In this document: positions 13,152-21,780 of the stretch, piece after piece
Numbering within the stretch: position 1 is the first letter of the stretch
Layout of the letters: the number at the start of each line of letters is the position of its first letter
Source: Wallemia ichthyophaga EXF-994
Taxonomy: Eukaryota > Fungi > Basidiomycota
NCBI RefSeq assembly: GCF_000400465.1
Contig: NW_008806274.1
Coordinates: 240,244 to 272,243, forward strand
DNA length: 32,000 bases
Direction: 5' to 3'
Position numbers and translations under genes: made by a program
Notes under the pieces: model-generated
Databases searched by the model: none
What the model saw: the letters and a program-made list of their open reading frames with translations, nothing else
What the model was told of the DNA's origin: nothing

Positions 13152-13227
13152 TTTTTAAATTTTCTGTGGTTGCGAAGGGAGGAAGAGAAGGGCAGGCTAT
13201 TTTGATTGTTATCAATCATCTTAAAAA

Positions 13228-14205
13228 ATGACAATCGATAGCAGCAAATTGGATGTGATCAGATTGCGTTTACTCAACGACGACAACCTCGCTGATCAAT
13301 ACAGAGCGCTATTCACCTTGAAATCTATCGGTCAACAAGGCGATAACAGGGCGATTGACGTTATATACGAAGCATTACAGAAGTCCAATTCAGCGCTGCT
13401 TAAGCATGAGCTGGCTTATGTACTCGGACAGATAAACGACACCTACGCACTTCCTCTCCTTAACGACATTCTCCAAGACACCGAGCAGGACGTTATGGTT
13501 AGGCATGAAGCTGCTGAATCTTTGGGTGCTATATCTTCCCTCAGTTCTCTCGATATTCTTAGCAAATACGCAAATATGCCTGACATTGACATCAGCATCA
13601 GAGAGACTTGCGACATTTCCATCAAAAAAATTCAATTCGATCACCGCGACGGCAAAACTGCCGATGGCGACAACGAGCAGAATAAAATACCGGTTATAGA
13701 TCCAGCTCCTGCCACTAAATCGACAGACGTTACCGCCAACAATGTCGAAATTTTGCGCGAGTCTTACCTCAACGATCAACTCCCCCTATTTGAAAGGTAT
13801 CGAGCTATGTTCGGCTTGAGAAATATAGTACTCAATAGCAATTCTAATCAGTCTATTCATAACGCTGCTCTCAACAGCATAGCAGATGGTTTCGCCGATA
13901 AGTCGGTCCTTTTCAGACATGAAGTCGCCTATGTGTTCGGTCAGATCGACTCTCCAGCTGCGATACCCGCTCTGCTTAAAGTCCTCTACGATGACAAAGA
14001 GCATGAAATGGTAAGACATGAGGCTGCTGAAACTCTCGGCGGTCTCGGTGCCGATAGTGCTGATGCAAAGAATGCTTTGCTCGACTTTGCCAAGAGTATA
14101 GACGCCCCTAAGGTGATTAGAGATAGTTGCATCGTCGCACTCGACATGTTGGCGCATGAGCAGAGCGGTGCTTTCGAATACGCGGATGGAATTGAGAAGG
14201 CATAG
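13228..14205 (+). CDS. LIA1: Deoxyhypusine hydroxylase (HEAT-repeat), intronless
   Basis: Four HE motifs (LLKHELAYVLGQ, MVRHEAAESLG, LFRHEVAYVFGQ, MVRHEAAETLG), plus YRALFTLK, ERYRAMFGLRN and a C-terminal FEYAD. Confidence 0.95.
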   Translation: MTIDSSKLDVIRLRLLNDDNLADQYRALFTLKSIGQQGDNRAIDVIYEALQKSNSALLKHELAYVLGQINDTYALPLLNDILQDTEQDVMVRHEAAESLGAISSLSSLDILSKYANMPDIDISIRETCDISIKKIQFDHRDGKTADGDNEQNKIPVIDPAPATKSTDVTANNVEILRESYLNDQLPLFERYRAMFGLRNIVLNSNSNQSIHNAALNSIADGFADKSVLFRHEVAYVFGQIDSPAAIPALLKVLYDDKEHEMVRHEAAETLGGLGADSADAKNALLDFAKSIDAPKVIRDSCIVALDMLAHEQSGAFEYADGIEKA

Positions 14206-14267
14206 ATTTTTTCTCAATAAATAAGCACATGTATATTAATTTTCTTTTGGTCTCCCTACAGAATACT

Positions 14268-15867
14268 CTAAATGGTCAAACTCTCCAATCCGAATCCACT
14301 CCTCACTACATTCAAATCGGTTTCTATTTTTTGGAGCGTGTTTGTGAGATGACTGAGTCCTGTTTGTTGATTGCGCAATATATCTGACAGCTCCATCATA
14401 CCGTCATCATCCACAACCTGCCAACCTGCGCTTTTAGATGCAGTACCTTCCTCTTTCCTGCTCTTAAGTGCGCCGACGAGTGCCCAGCTCTCATTGACTC
14501 TACCACCAATCCTCGCCTTCTGGATTGTGTTGTTGATATGCTCGTACTCCGTACCCAGCTTCTCCTCTTCTAGCTTTATGCCGCTAGCGCGGAGATTAGG
14601 GAGGAGGAGGTGCAACCGTTTGACAATCTTGAGTATACGTGCGCTGAGTTGAGCATGCATAACCGCCGCTCTCTGCAAACGAGGGCTGTGATCGAGCGAG
14701 GTGTTAAGGAGCATCTTGCGCAATTTCTCCTGTAGTTCACTAAGACGCACAAGGTGGGCCGTCGCTTGCTTGCCTTGAGCTATCGCGCGCTTCTGTACAT
14801 CGTCCAAAGAAAATGCTGGTGCGGGTACTAAGCGTGTTGGGTCGGGGTTCTCGGATACTGCTCGCGCCCATGACTTGTCGTTCTTCACTATTGCTGGTCT
14901 TCCATATTGCGATACTTGCTCGGGCGGTACGAGGTTGTAGAAATAGAGCTGGAATGCACATGATGGGTGGTTCGGGTCCCATGCATTCTTGATTTCTTCT
15001 ATCACCGCTGCTATATCCTTATTCGAGGATTGTGGTGGTCTGCCGACGCTTTGTGAAAGTGTGCTCTGTTGCAATTGTTGGGGTTGCTGGGGTTGCGTCT
15101 GAGCCTGTGATTGACCGAATAAACTGCTCTGTGGCTGTGCTTGTCCAAACAAACTACCTTGAGCTGGTGGTTGCGACTGTCCGAACAATCCTCCACCTGC
15201 TTGCTGAGGTTGTGATTGTCCAAACAATCCTCCAAGTCCACCTGAAGGTGCAGCAGGTTTCTGTCCAAACAAACCGCCCCCAGATGGCTGCTGTTGCTGA
15301 GTGCTCCCGAATAATCCACCTCCGCCAGCTTGTGGTTGCTGTTGTTGTTGTTGAGTCCCTCCAAATAGTCCACCACTACTTGGCTGTTGTTGTTGCTGCT
15401 GCGTGCTACCAAAGAGTCCACCACCAGTATTGCCATTGTTAGCGCTATTCGCGCCGCTCGCGCCAAACAGACCACCACCACTCTGCTGCTGCTGTTGTTG
15501 GCCAGGCTGAGCGGAATTTTGGGTATTCTGGGTATTACTAAACAGGCTTGATGGTTGTTGCGAAGGCTGTCCAAATAGTCCACCCGATGGCGCAGTTGGT
15601 GCAGACGACTGTTGTCCGAAAAGACCTCCACCTGCTTCTGGTTTAGGTGCGGTACTACCGAATAATCCACCACCTGTTGCTGGTTGTGGAGCCGCTGGCT
15701 GCGCTCCTGCTGGCTGTTGTGCTGATTGTCCAAATAGACCTCCGCCGGTCGGTTGGTTAGGTTGGCTCGAGCCTGCACCCGCTGCTGCTCCACCACCAAA
15801 TGAGAAGCCTTGTACGCGTCAATCGCGCTTTCTGCGTCACTTCTTTTCACTCACCACCGAATGACAT
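14268..15867 (-). CDS. NUP57: GLFG nucleoporin Nup57/Nup54, 1 intron (15809-15854)
   Basis: MSFG exon, then an in-frame array of GGLFG repeats separated by Q-rich spacers, then the Nup54-type domain IKNAWDPNHPSCAFQLYFYNLVP...YGRP...NPDPTRLVP and a coiled coil. Confidence 0.92.
15200..15800 (-). repeat. GLFG/Gln-rich coding repeat region of Nup57
   Basis: Repeated GGT/GGA-CTN/TTN-TTT/TTC-GGN units interleaved with CAA/CAG runs; boundaries are approximate. Confidence 0.85.
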
Positions 15868-16220
15868 GTTGGACGTTTGTGTTGATGAGCCAAGTGAGCG
15901 GGTTCAGAAGCGTTAAGTGGATAGTTGAGCTATCAAATACTTGAAACCTACAGTTTAGTTTTACTTGTACCAAGTCGTCCTCGTTATCCCGCACGACGTG
16001 ACATGAACTCAAAGAGTTTTGTATAGCTTTTATTAACCTAATTGCATCCCGAGAATTCACAGATGACTGATTCTGCATACTTAAAAGCAGCCGCGACAGA
16101 GCAAGCAACAGCTCGTGGCTGGTAATTAAAGAGGGATGAAGATTTGCGCGTTTTTTAAAACGATGAAAGAAAAACCGCTGATATATACCAAGCTTCATAA
16201 CGTAAGTATCAACAATCGAA

Positions 16221-16231
16221 TAGTACAGCGG
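16221..16231 (+). promoter_or_regulatory. Pol III A-box-like element in the leader of the permuted tRNA
   Basis: TAGTACAGCGG fits TRGYNNARNNG. It starts 43 nt before G53 of the B box (16264), versus 45 nt from U8 to G53 in the mature tRNA. Confidence 0.6.
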
Positions 16232-16248
16232 GTGCAACTTGCTAGTTC

Positions 16249-16327
16249 ATGATGAGGTCCCAGGTTCGATCCCTGGTATCTGCAGATCTAGCAGATATAG
16301 CTCAGTGGTAGTAGCGCATCACTAGTA
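16249..16327 (+). tRNA. Circularly permuted tRNA gene, predicted tRNA-Thr(AGT): 3' half 16249-16284, 6-nt spacer 16285-16290, 5' half 16291-16327
   Basis: Acceptor GCAGATA/TATCTGC (7/7 WC), anticodon stem CATCA/TGATG (5/5), T arm CCAGG-TTCGATC-CCTGG (5/5), D arm GCT...AGC with GG, variable loop AGGTC and discriminator A. Joining the 5' half to the 3' half gives a 73-nt cloverleaf with loop CT-AGT-AA. Confidence 0.88.
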
Positions 16328-16332
16328 TTAAA

Positions 16333-16337
16333 TTTTT
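16333..16337 (+). terminator. Pol III oligo-T terminator
   Basis: TTTTT begins 5 nt after the end of the tRNA 5' half. Confidence 0.65.
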
Positions 16338-16648
16338 GTCTCTAATTGGAAGATATCATAGGACTCATTTTTACCTCTGTCAATGAATGTTCATTCTTTA
16401 CGCATTTCGGAATGTACGTGTGGGCATTGACTTAGAACGGTGGTCTATGAAGGATTTAGAACAAGTGACGCTTATAAAAGTATTAATGCTCAGGCTAGCT
16501 GTGAATGTGTGAGAATATATGCATTAATACAGCAGTATAAATAGTGTCTGTGTGTGTTGATACTGGTATATCTTTAGAGAGAGAAGAGAGTTCGAAAAAG
16601 AAGAAACAAGTGTTCAGTACTTGAGAGATCGCTGTGGTTGCCTACCAT

Positions 16649-17338
16649 CTAGCGTCTACCACCAGCTCCGCCGCCTACGCCTCTCAAAACCGAGTAACCG
16701 GAGAAGAGAACGAGTGAGAGTGTGACGACCCAAGCGACGCTTGCGAGAGGTAAGCTTCTAACGGCGGAGGAGCAATTAGGGCAGACCCATTCTGTTGAAG
16801 AAGAGAGTGGTGAGCGAGAAGACAACAGCAGGACACTCAACTCACCATCTAAAGGTGTGTACGACTGTGGTTTGTATAGCGCGAATCTGATATTGGTGTT
16901 TGGCATGAAAGTGCCAGGTGCGGGTGCAGCACTAGGACCATTCTTGTCATAAACTCTAAGCTGGTATGTCTCGTAAACGAGTGGCGGTGAGTTATTCTCA
17001 GTGTGGTATTTATAAGGATCCCATTCGAACGTGGATTCTCCACCTCCTACAGAACCCATAGTATATGTATTATCTGAATCCGTGTGCACAGCATCAAATG
17101 TCAAGCTGTCTGGTGTGCTATAAAGAGAAGTCAAATTCCATCCAAACGTTATTGCGTTGTCTGGTGCTACTTTGTAATAACTCGTCTTCGTTTGCGGTGG
17201 CTCTGTGAACGTTAGCCCACCGACTGGGGCTGATGCTCTGCCACTTGTCAGCGTGTCATTGAGCTATTGGAATACCCATACCCACGGGATTGATGGTGAG
17301 GTGCTGCTACTCTTGTCGTCACCGCCGTTGCTTGACAT
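16649..17338 (-). CDS. Fungal membrane/secretory protein, DUF7137-like, 2 introns
   Basis: Spliced product ...PVGGLTFTEPPQTKTSYYKVAPDNAITFGWNLTSLYSTP...YTPLDEWVCPNCSSA followed by a hydrophobic C-terminal helix. The start is uncertain and a further 5' exon is possible. Confidence 0.6.
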
Positions 17339-17500
17339 TGTGGTCGTTATCAACTAGTGTAGCTAGACCTAGACAATTTGAAACGCACACGAAAATTAAA
17401 TAAAACACGCAATAAATCATTTTCGTTCAGAATACATATTGTCATTATAATTGTAATTATCACAAGCAAGTAAAAACACCAACAGCACCGTCACCATCCT

Positions 17501-19604
17501 CTACTTCACTTGCCCCTTGGCAAACTTATCCTTTATATCATCCACAACAGCCGGATCACCCAATGTAGACAGATCACCAAGCTGGTCGCCCTCACCAGCG
17601 ACAATCTTCCTGATAATCCTGCGCATAATTTTCCCACTACGCGTCTTAGGGAGATCACCGACAACGTAGAGACTCTTAGGAGCAGCAAATGGGCCTATCA
17701 CTTTACGCACCTGCAGAGTGAGTTCCTTGACGAGATTCTCATCCACACTGCCCTTGAACTCCGGCTTCATAGTCACCCATGCGCTGATTGACTGGCCCGT
17801 AAGCTCATCCTGCACACCCACAACAGCCGCCTCTGCGACACCTGAGTGGAGAATAAGCGCCGATTCTATCTCAGCCGTTGACAATCTGTGTCCAGACACG
17901 TTGATAACGTCGTCCACACGACCCTTGATGAATATATACCCTTCATGATCTCTACCTGCTCCATCTCCTGTAAAGTAGTAGCCTGGGTATGGCTTAAGGT
18001 ATGTGTCAAGGAAACGCGCATGATCACCAAACACCGTTCGCGCCATTGATGGCCATGGCTGCTTCACTGCGAGTACTCCCTCAACATCATTGCCTTCGAG
18101 CAGATGACCTGTAACTGGATCCAGAATAACCGGCTCAACACCCCAGAATGGGAACGTCGCACTACCTGGCTTGCATGGAATAGCTCCAGGCATTGGTGAG
18201 ATAATGATTGATCCTGTCTCCGTTTGCCAGTATGTATCTACGACCGCACACTCCTTCTTGCCTACCTCCTCATTATACCAATCCCAAGCTTCGGGATTGA
18301 TGGGTTCACCAACCGAGCCAATCACGCGCAGTGAGGACAAATCGTAGCCTTGCAGATGCTCCTTTCCAAGACGACGCAATAATCTGATAGCAGTTGGCGC
18401 AGTATAGAATTGTGTCAATTTGTGCTTTTGTACTACATCCCAATATCTCGATGGATTTGGGTAGACGGGGGTAGATTCGAAGACGGTTGTTGAGACACCA
18501 TTGAGTAAAGGACCATAGACGATATAAGTGTGCCCAGTAATCCAACCGACATCCGCCATACACGCATATCTGTCATTTTCGTGGACGTCGAAAACATACT
18601 TGACAGTGAGTGCTGCACCAAGCAAGTAGCCACCCGTTGTGTGCACAACACCTTTAGGTTTACCTGTTGAGCCTGAAGTGTAGAGAATGAAGAGAGGGTC
18701 TTCGCTACTGACAATTTCTGGTGCACAGTAAGGAACGACCTTTGCAGTCTCCTCGTGCCACCAGTAGTCCCTACCTTGTTGCATGTTTACAGGATTACCG
18801 GTACGTTGTAGGACGAGGACATTGTTGACGTCTGGACACTCCTTGAGAGCAGCATCGACGATGTTCTTAGTGGCAATTGTCTTACCACCTCTCTTTCCTT
18901 CATCTGAAGTTATAATCACGGTGGATTTCCCGTCGATAACACGGTCTCGGAGGGATTCGGCAGAGAAACCTGCAAAAATGACAGAGTGAACAGCACCTAG
19001 ACGAGCAACTGCGAGGAAAGCGACAACAGCGTGCCAAGTCATAGCTGCATTGTGTGTTGTGTAAGACATAAAAATATCAAAGACATAGCAACTCACGCAA
19101 GTAAATGGACACGACGTCGCCCTTCTTGACGCCCATGTTCTTGAGAACGTTTGCAACCTTGCAGACTTCTCTTAGAAGTTCGCCGTAGCTAATTTCCTGG
19201 TGGTGGCCCGGTTCATCAGCTTCATAGATGATTGCAGTCTTGTCTGGGTTCTGAATAGCCCATCTGTCTACGCAGTTATAACATGCATTGAGACCGCCTT
19301 CTTGGAACCATGCTGTGTCTCCGTGCTCGAAACCACCAGTGAGAACGGTAGAGAAAGGTCTGTGCCAGTAGAGCGTCTCCTTAGCTGCCTGTGGGTTGAT
19401 TTAACGTACGTATCGCTGCACTATTCAAATTCCTACCTTCTCCCAGAAAGAGTCTCTATGCTCGCCAGTCGTCAGCGCGTGTGCCTTCTTGTACGCATCG
19501 ATATCTGGACCAATATGAGGCGTGGGCAGGCCATTTCCTGCCTTGAGTTTCGTTGGAATTGGGTGTGTTACAGAGGACATGGTTGTGAGATTTGAAGAAG
19601 TCAT
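17501..19604 (-). CDS. ACS: Acetyl-CoA synthetase, 2 introns
   Basis: [61 protein letters not shown] and [12 protein letters not shown]. Upstream exons recover [17 protein letters not shown] and [10 protein letters not shown]. Confidence 0.97.
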
Positions 19605-19932
19605 TTCGAATACCGCGTTTTTTAATTTACACTACGTCATCTGACAACGGCATCCATGTGAGTTATTTCCTATATGTCCCGAGTCTGTCTATGTGGTTGA
19701 TGGTGGCTGGGATTATTAGTTCCATAGATGCCGCAATCTTCCGTGGCTCACGACGTTAGTTCAGCAACACATCTTCTCTCTTCCCCGCATCAGGCTACCA
19801 GGCTCCAAAACAGGCAAGTGCATTAAAATCGCATATTGTACAGCGTATTAAGTATAATGTATTTCTCTATATATCCGAATCTGCTCCGATGCAATCCGGT
19901 GCCCCTCCACGTCTCTCATACTCTCCTCACTT

Positions 19933-21699
19933 TCACAGCGTCAAACCCCGCATTGTGAAATCACTGGCAGCCATCCCATCGAGTATATCGAGCTCCGTCT
20001 GCGTGAATCCGCATTTGGGCACGATATAAGTCCTGAAAGGTATGAGGAGTATGATGATAACGGGGAAGCCAATCGCCGATCGCTGAATGACACTGACAGC
20101 ATAAGTAGCACCGAATCCAACCAGCTCGAACAGTACAAACAGCCATATCCTGCTCTTGCGCACGCGGTGATACTTATCATCGCGCGCCGTCTTGTGACGG
20201 TCTTTAAGGAGGTAGCTGATGTGCTCCGTGATCATGTTCCCGTAGAGTGCCTGCAGACCTAGTGACCAGAAAAGCCCGGCTAGCACACCCGTAGGTATCT
20301 TGTTCACAGCTTGTAGGAACGGACCCGTCGCAAAGGCTAATGCTAGCCCACCCTGTGCGAGATTCGTCACGCGCTGCTCTACTACTCCGGCAGGCTCTTC
20401 TATCTTGCGGCGGTGAGTAGGCTGAGAGACTTTTTCGTGTGCTGCGTCTGCTTCTGTGCGCGCCTCTGATGATCCTAGTGCATTTCCGTCGCCGGTTTCT
20501 CCATCAACTTCATCCGGCTCTTCTACCACCCTCGTCTCAGTATACACGAGCGACTGTGTATGTATAGGAGTCTGTGGAATGAGACCATTCGGGGCGATCA
20601 GTCCAAATACGCCTGCCAGCAAAGTCGTGACACCGAGAAGAGCGAAGTCCCAATGAAACCCAGGTGGTTTCTTCAGCTTAAATTCGCTCCCCTGACCGAT
20701 AATAGCGCTGACCTGGTGATCAAATAGGAAGAGGAGGGTGAGGAGAGCAGCGAATGCGACTGCGATGCCTACCCAACGCGCGGGAGTGTTCCAAAAATGC
20801 ACCACCCACGTCTGTCTATCTGTAGCAGTATAAGCGAATCCTCCTACAGTTGGTAGTTTCTGCGCATCGATTTCGACGAATCGCCCCCAATAACATAACC
20901 CACTCACCGCCACGACGCTGATAGGCAGGCCGTAGTCAGCGAGGAAGCGGCGTACGAGGTGTGTCCAGAAAGGTGATATACTCGCGAACATGAATATATG
21001 GTGCAGAGTGAAGAACGTTGCCGCAAGGAAACAGCTGAATGTAAGACTGGCTATAGGAGCATTCGACTCTGACTCGCGCGCTATGACCTGCACTCCCAGT
21101 AAAAGATAGATCCATCCGACGTAGAACCCGAACGTCTGGCAGGTGAACTTGGTCACTCCCCTCAGACAGTTGCTCAGGTTGAACACGGCGATGAGCAAGT
21201 GCATGATGGCGCTGATTACATACACCCAGCCTACAAACTCTAGGTAGTCGGGCTTTGGGTACGGCCCGTCTGCTTCTTGGATGATGGTGTACATGGAAGT
21301 GTTGAGCACTGTGATGGGTCCCGTAACGCCTACTATGGTCAGTGGCTGCGCGCCAATTATGGAAAAAGCTGCTGCAGCCATGAATGTCGATATTAATATC
21401 TCGTTTACCCCATACTTGCCCGTCTTCTGCTCAAGCTCATACGCGAAGGCGAGCGCTGGGAGTATGTTGGCGAAAAAAGTGAGCAGCGTAGATGGAATTA
21501 CTCTGTAGTTGAGCGCGTCTGTCCAGTCCGAGATATAGTACGGCAGGCGATTGCGCACATCGCGGTACATGCCTAGAAACGGCGTATATGCGCGCCATGA
21601 GAGCATAGTGAAGGGTACTTGGGAGTGTTCTGGGCTGTGATTTGAATTGTATTTAATCCTACTCGTCCTGGCTTCCATGTCTTCCACGTCTTCTTCCAT
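19933..21699 (-). CDS. BOR1: SLC4/HCO3- transporter family borate exporter (Bor1-like), intronless
   Basis: DVRNRLPYYISDWTDA, FFANILPALAF, GAQPLTIVGVTGP, FLFDHQVS, LKKPPGFHWD, PNGLIPQTPIHT and VVEQRVTNLAQG, with multiple TM segments. The start is taken at MEEDVED; upstream in-frame ATGs exist. Confidence 0.88.
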   Translation of the reverse strand: MEEDVEDMEARTSRIKYNSNHSPEHSQVPFTMLSWRAYTPFLGMYRDVRNRLPYYISDWTDALNYRVIPSTLLTFFANILPALAFAYELEQKTGKYGVNEILISTFMAAAAFSIIGAQPLTIVGVTGPITVLNTSMYTIIQEADGPYPKPDYLEFVGWVYVISAIMHLLIAVFNLSNCLRGVTKFTCQTFGFYVGWIYLLLGVQVIARESESNAPIASLTFSCFLAATFFTLHHIFMFASISPFWTHLVRRFLADYGLPISVVAVSGLCYWGRFVEIDAQKLPTVGGFAYTATDRQTWVVHFWNTPARWVGIAVAFAALLTLLFLFDHQVSAIIGQGSEFKLKKPPGFHWDFALLGVTTLLAGVFGLIAPNGLIPQTPIHTQSLVYTETRVVEEPDEVDGETGDGNALGSSEARTEADAAHEKVSQPTHRRKIEEPAGVVEQRVTNLAQGGLALAFATGPFLQAVNKIPTGVLAGLFWSLGLQALYGNMITEHISYLLKDRHKTARDDKYHRVRKSRIWLFVLFELVGFGATYAVSVIQRSAIGFPVIIILLIPFRTYIVPKCGFTQTELDILDGMAASDFTMRGLTL

Positions 21700-21780
21700 G
21701 ATGTTGGCCGATAAGAGGAAAGAAACGATTAAAAAAACAAATGACATCATCAAAATAATTTAGATTGCTACACCGCGCCT

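Noticed and set aside
15011-15850. 279-aa minus-strand ORF and antisense ORFs over NUP57
   Set aside because: These are alternative-frame shadows of the Q/G-rich GLFG repeat.
16190-16210. Minus-strand ATACTTAC resembling the U1 snRNA 5' end
   Set aside because: It continues GTTA rather than CTG, and no U1 stem-loops or Sm site follow.
15851-16237. 128-aa minus-strand ORF
   Set aside because: It has a non-ATG start, no motif, and overlaps the tRNA leader/promoter and NUP57 exon 1.
16202-16245. 44-nt GTAAGT...TAG spliceosomal-intron-like element abutting the tRNA 3' half
   Set aside because: There is no good branch site and no ORF or tRNA part is restored by removing it. It also contains the A box and pairing sequence needed under the Pol III model. 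It is probably coincidental, though cheap to check in RNA-seq.
16214-16284. Conventional (non-permuted) tRNA using the leader as its 5' half
   Set aside because: AATCGAA does not pair with TATCTGC and ACTTG does not pair with TGATG. Only the downstream half supplies complementary acceptor and anticodon strands.
16291-16650. Ordinary intron-containing tRNA whose 3' half lies downstream
   Set aside because: A T5 terminator follows within 5 nt, and no GGTTCRA T-arm or TATCTGC acceptor strand was found downstream.
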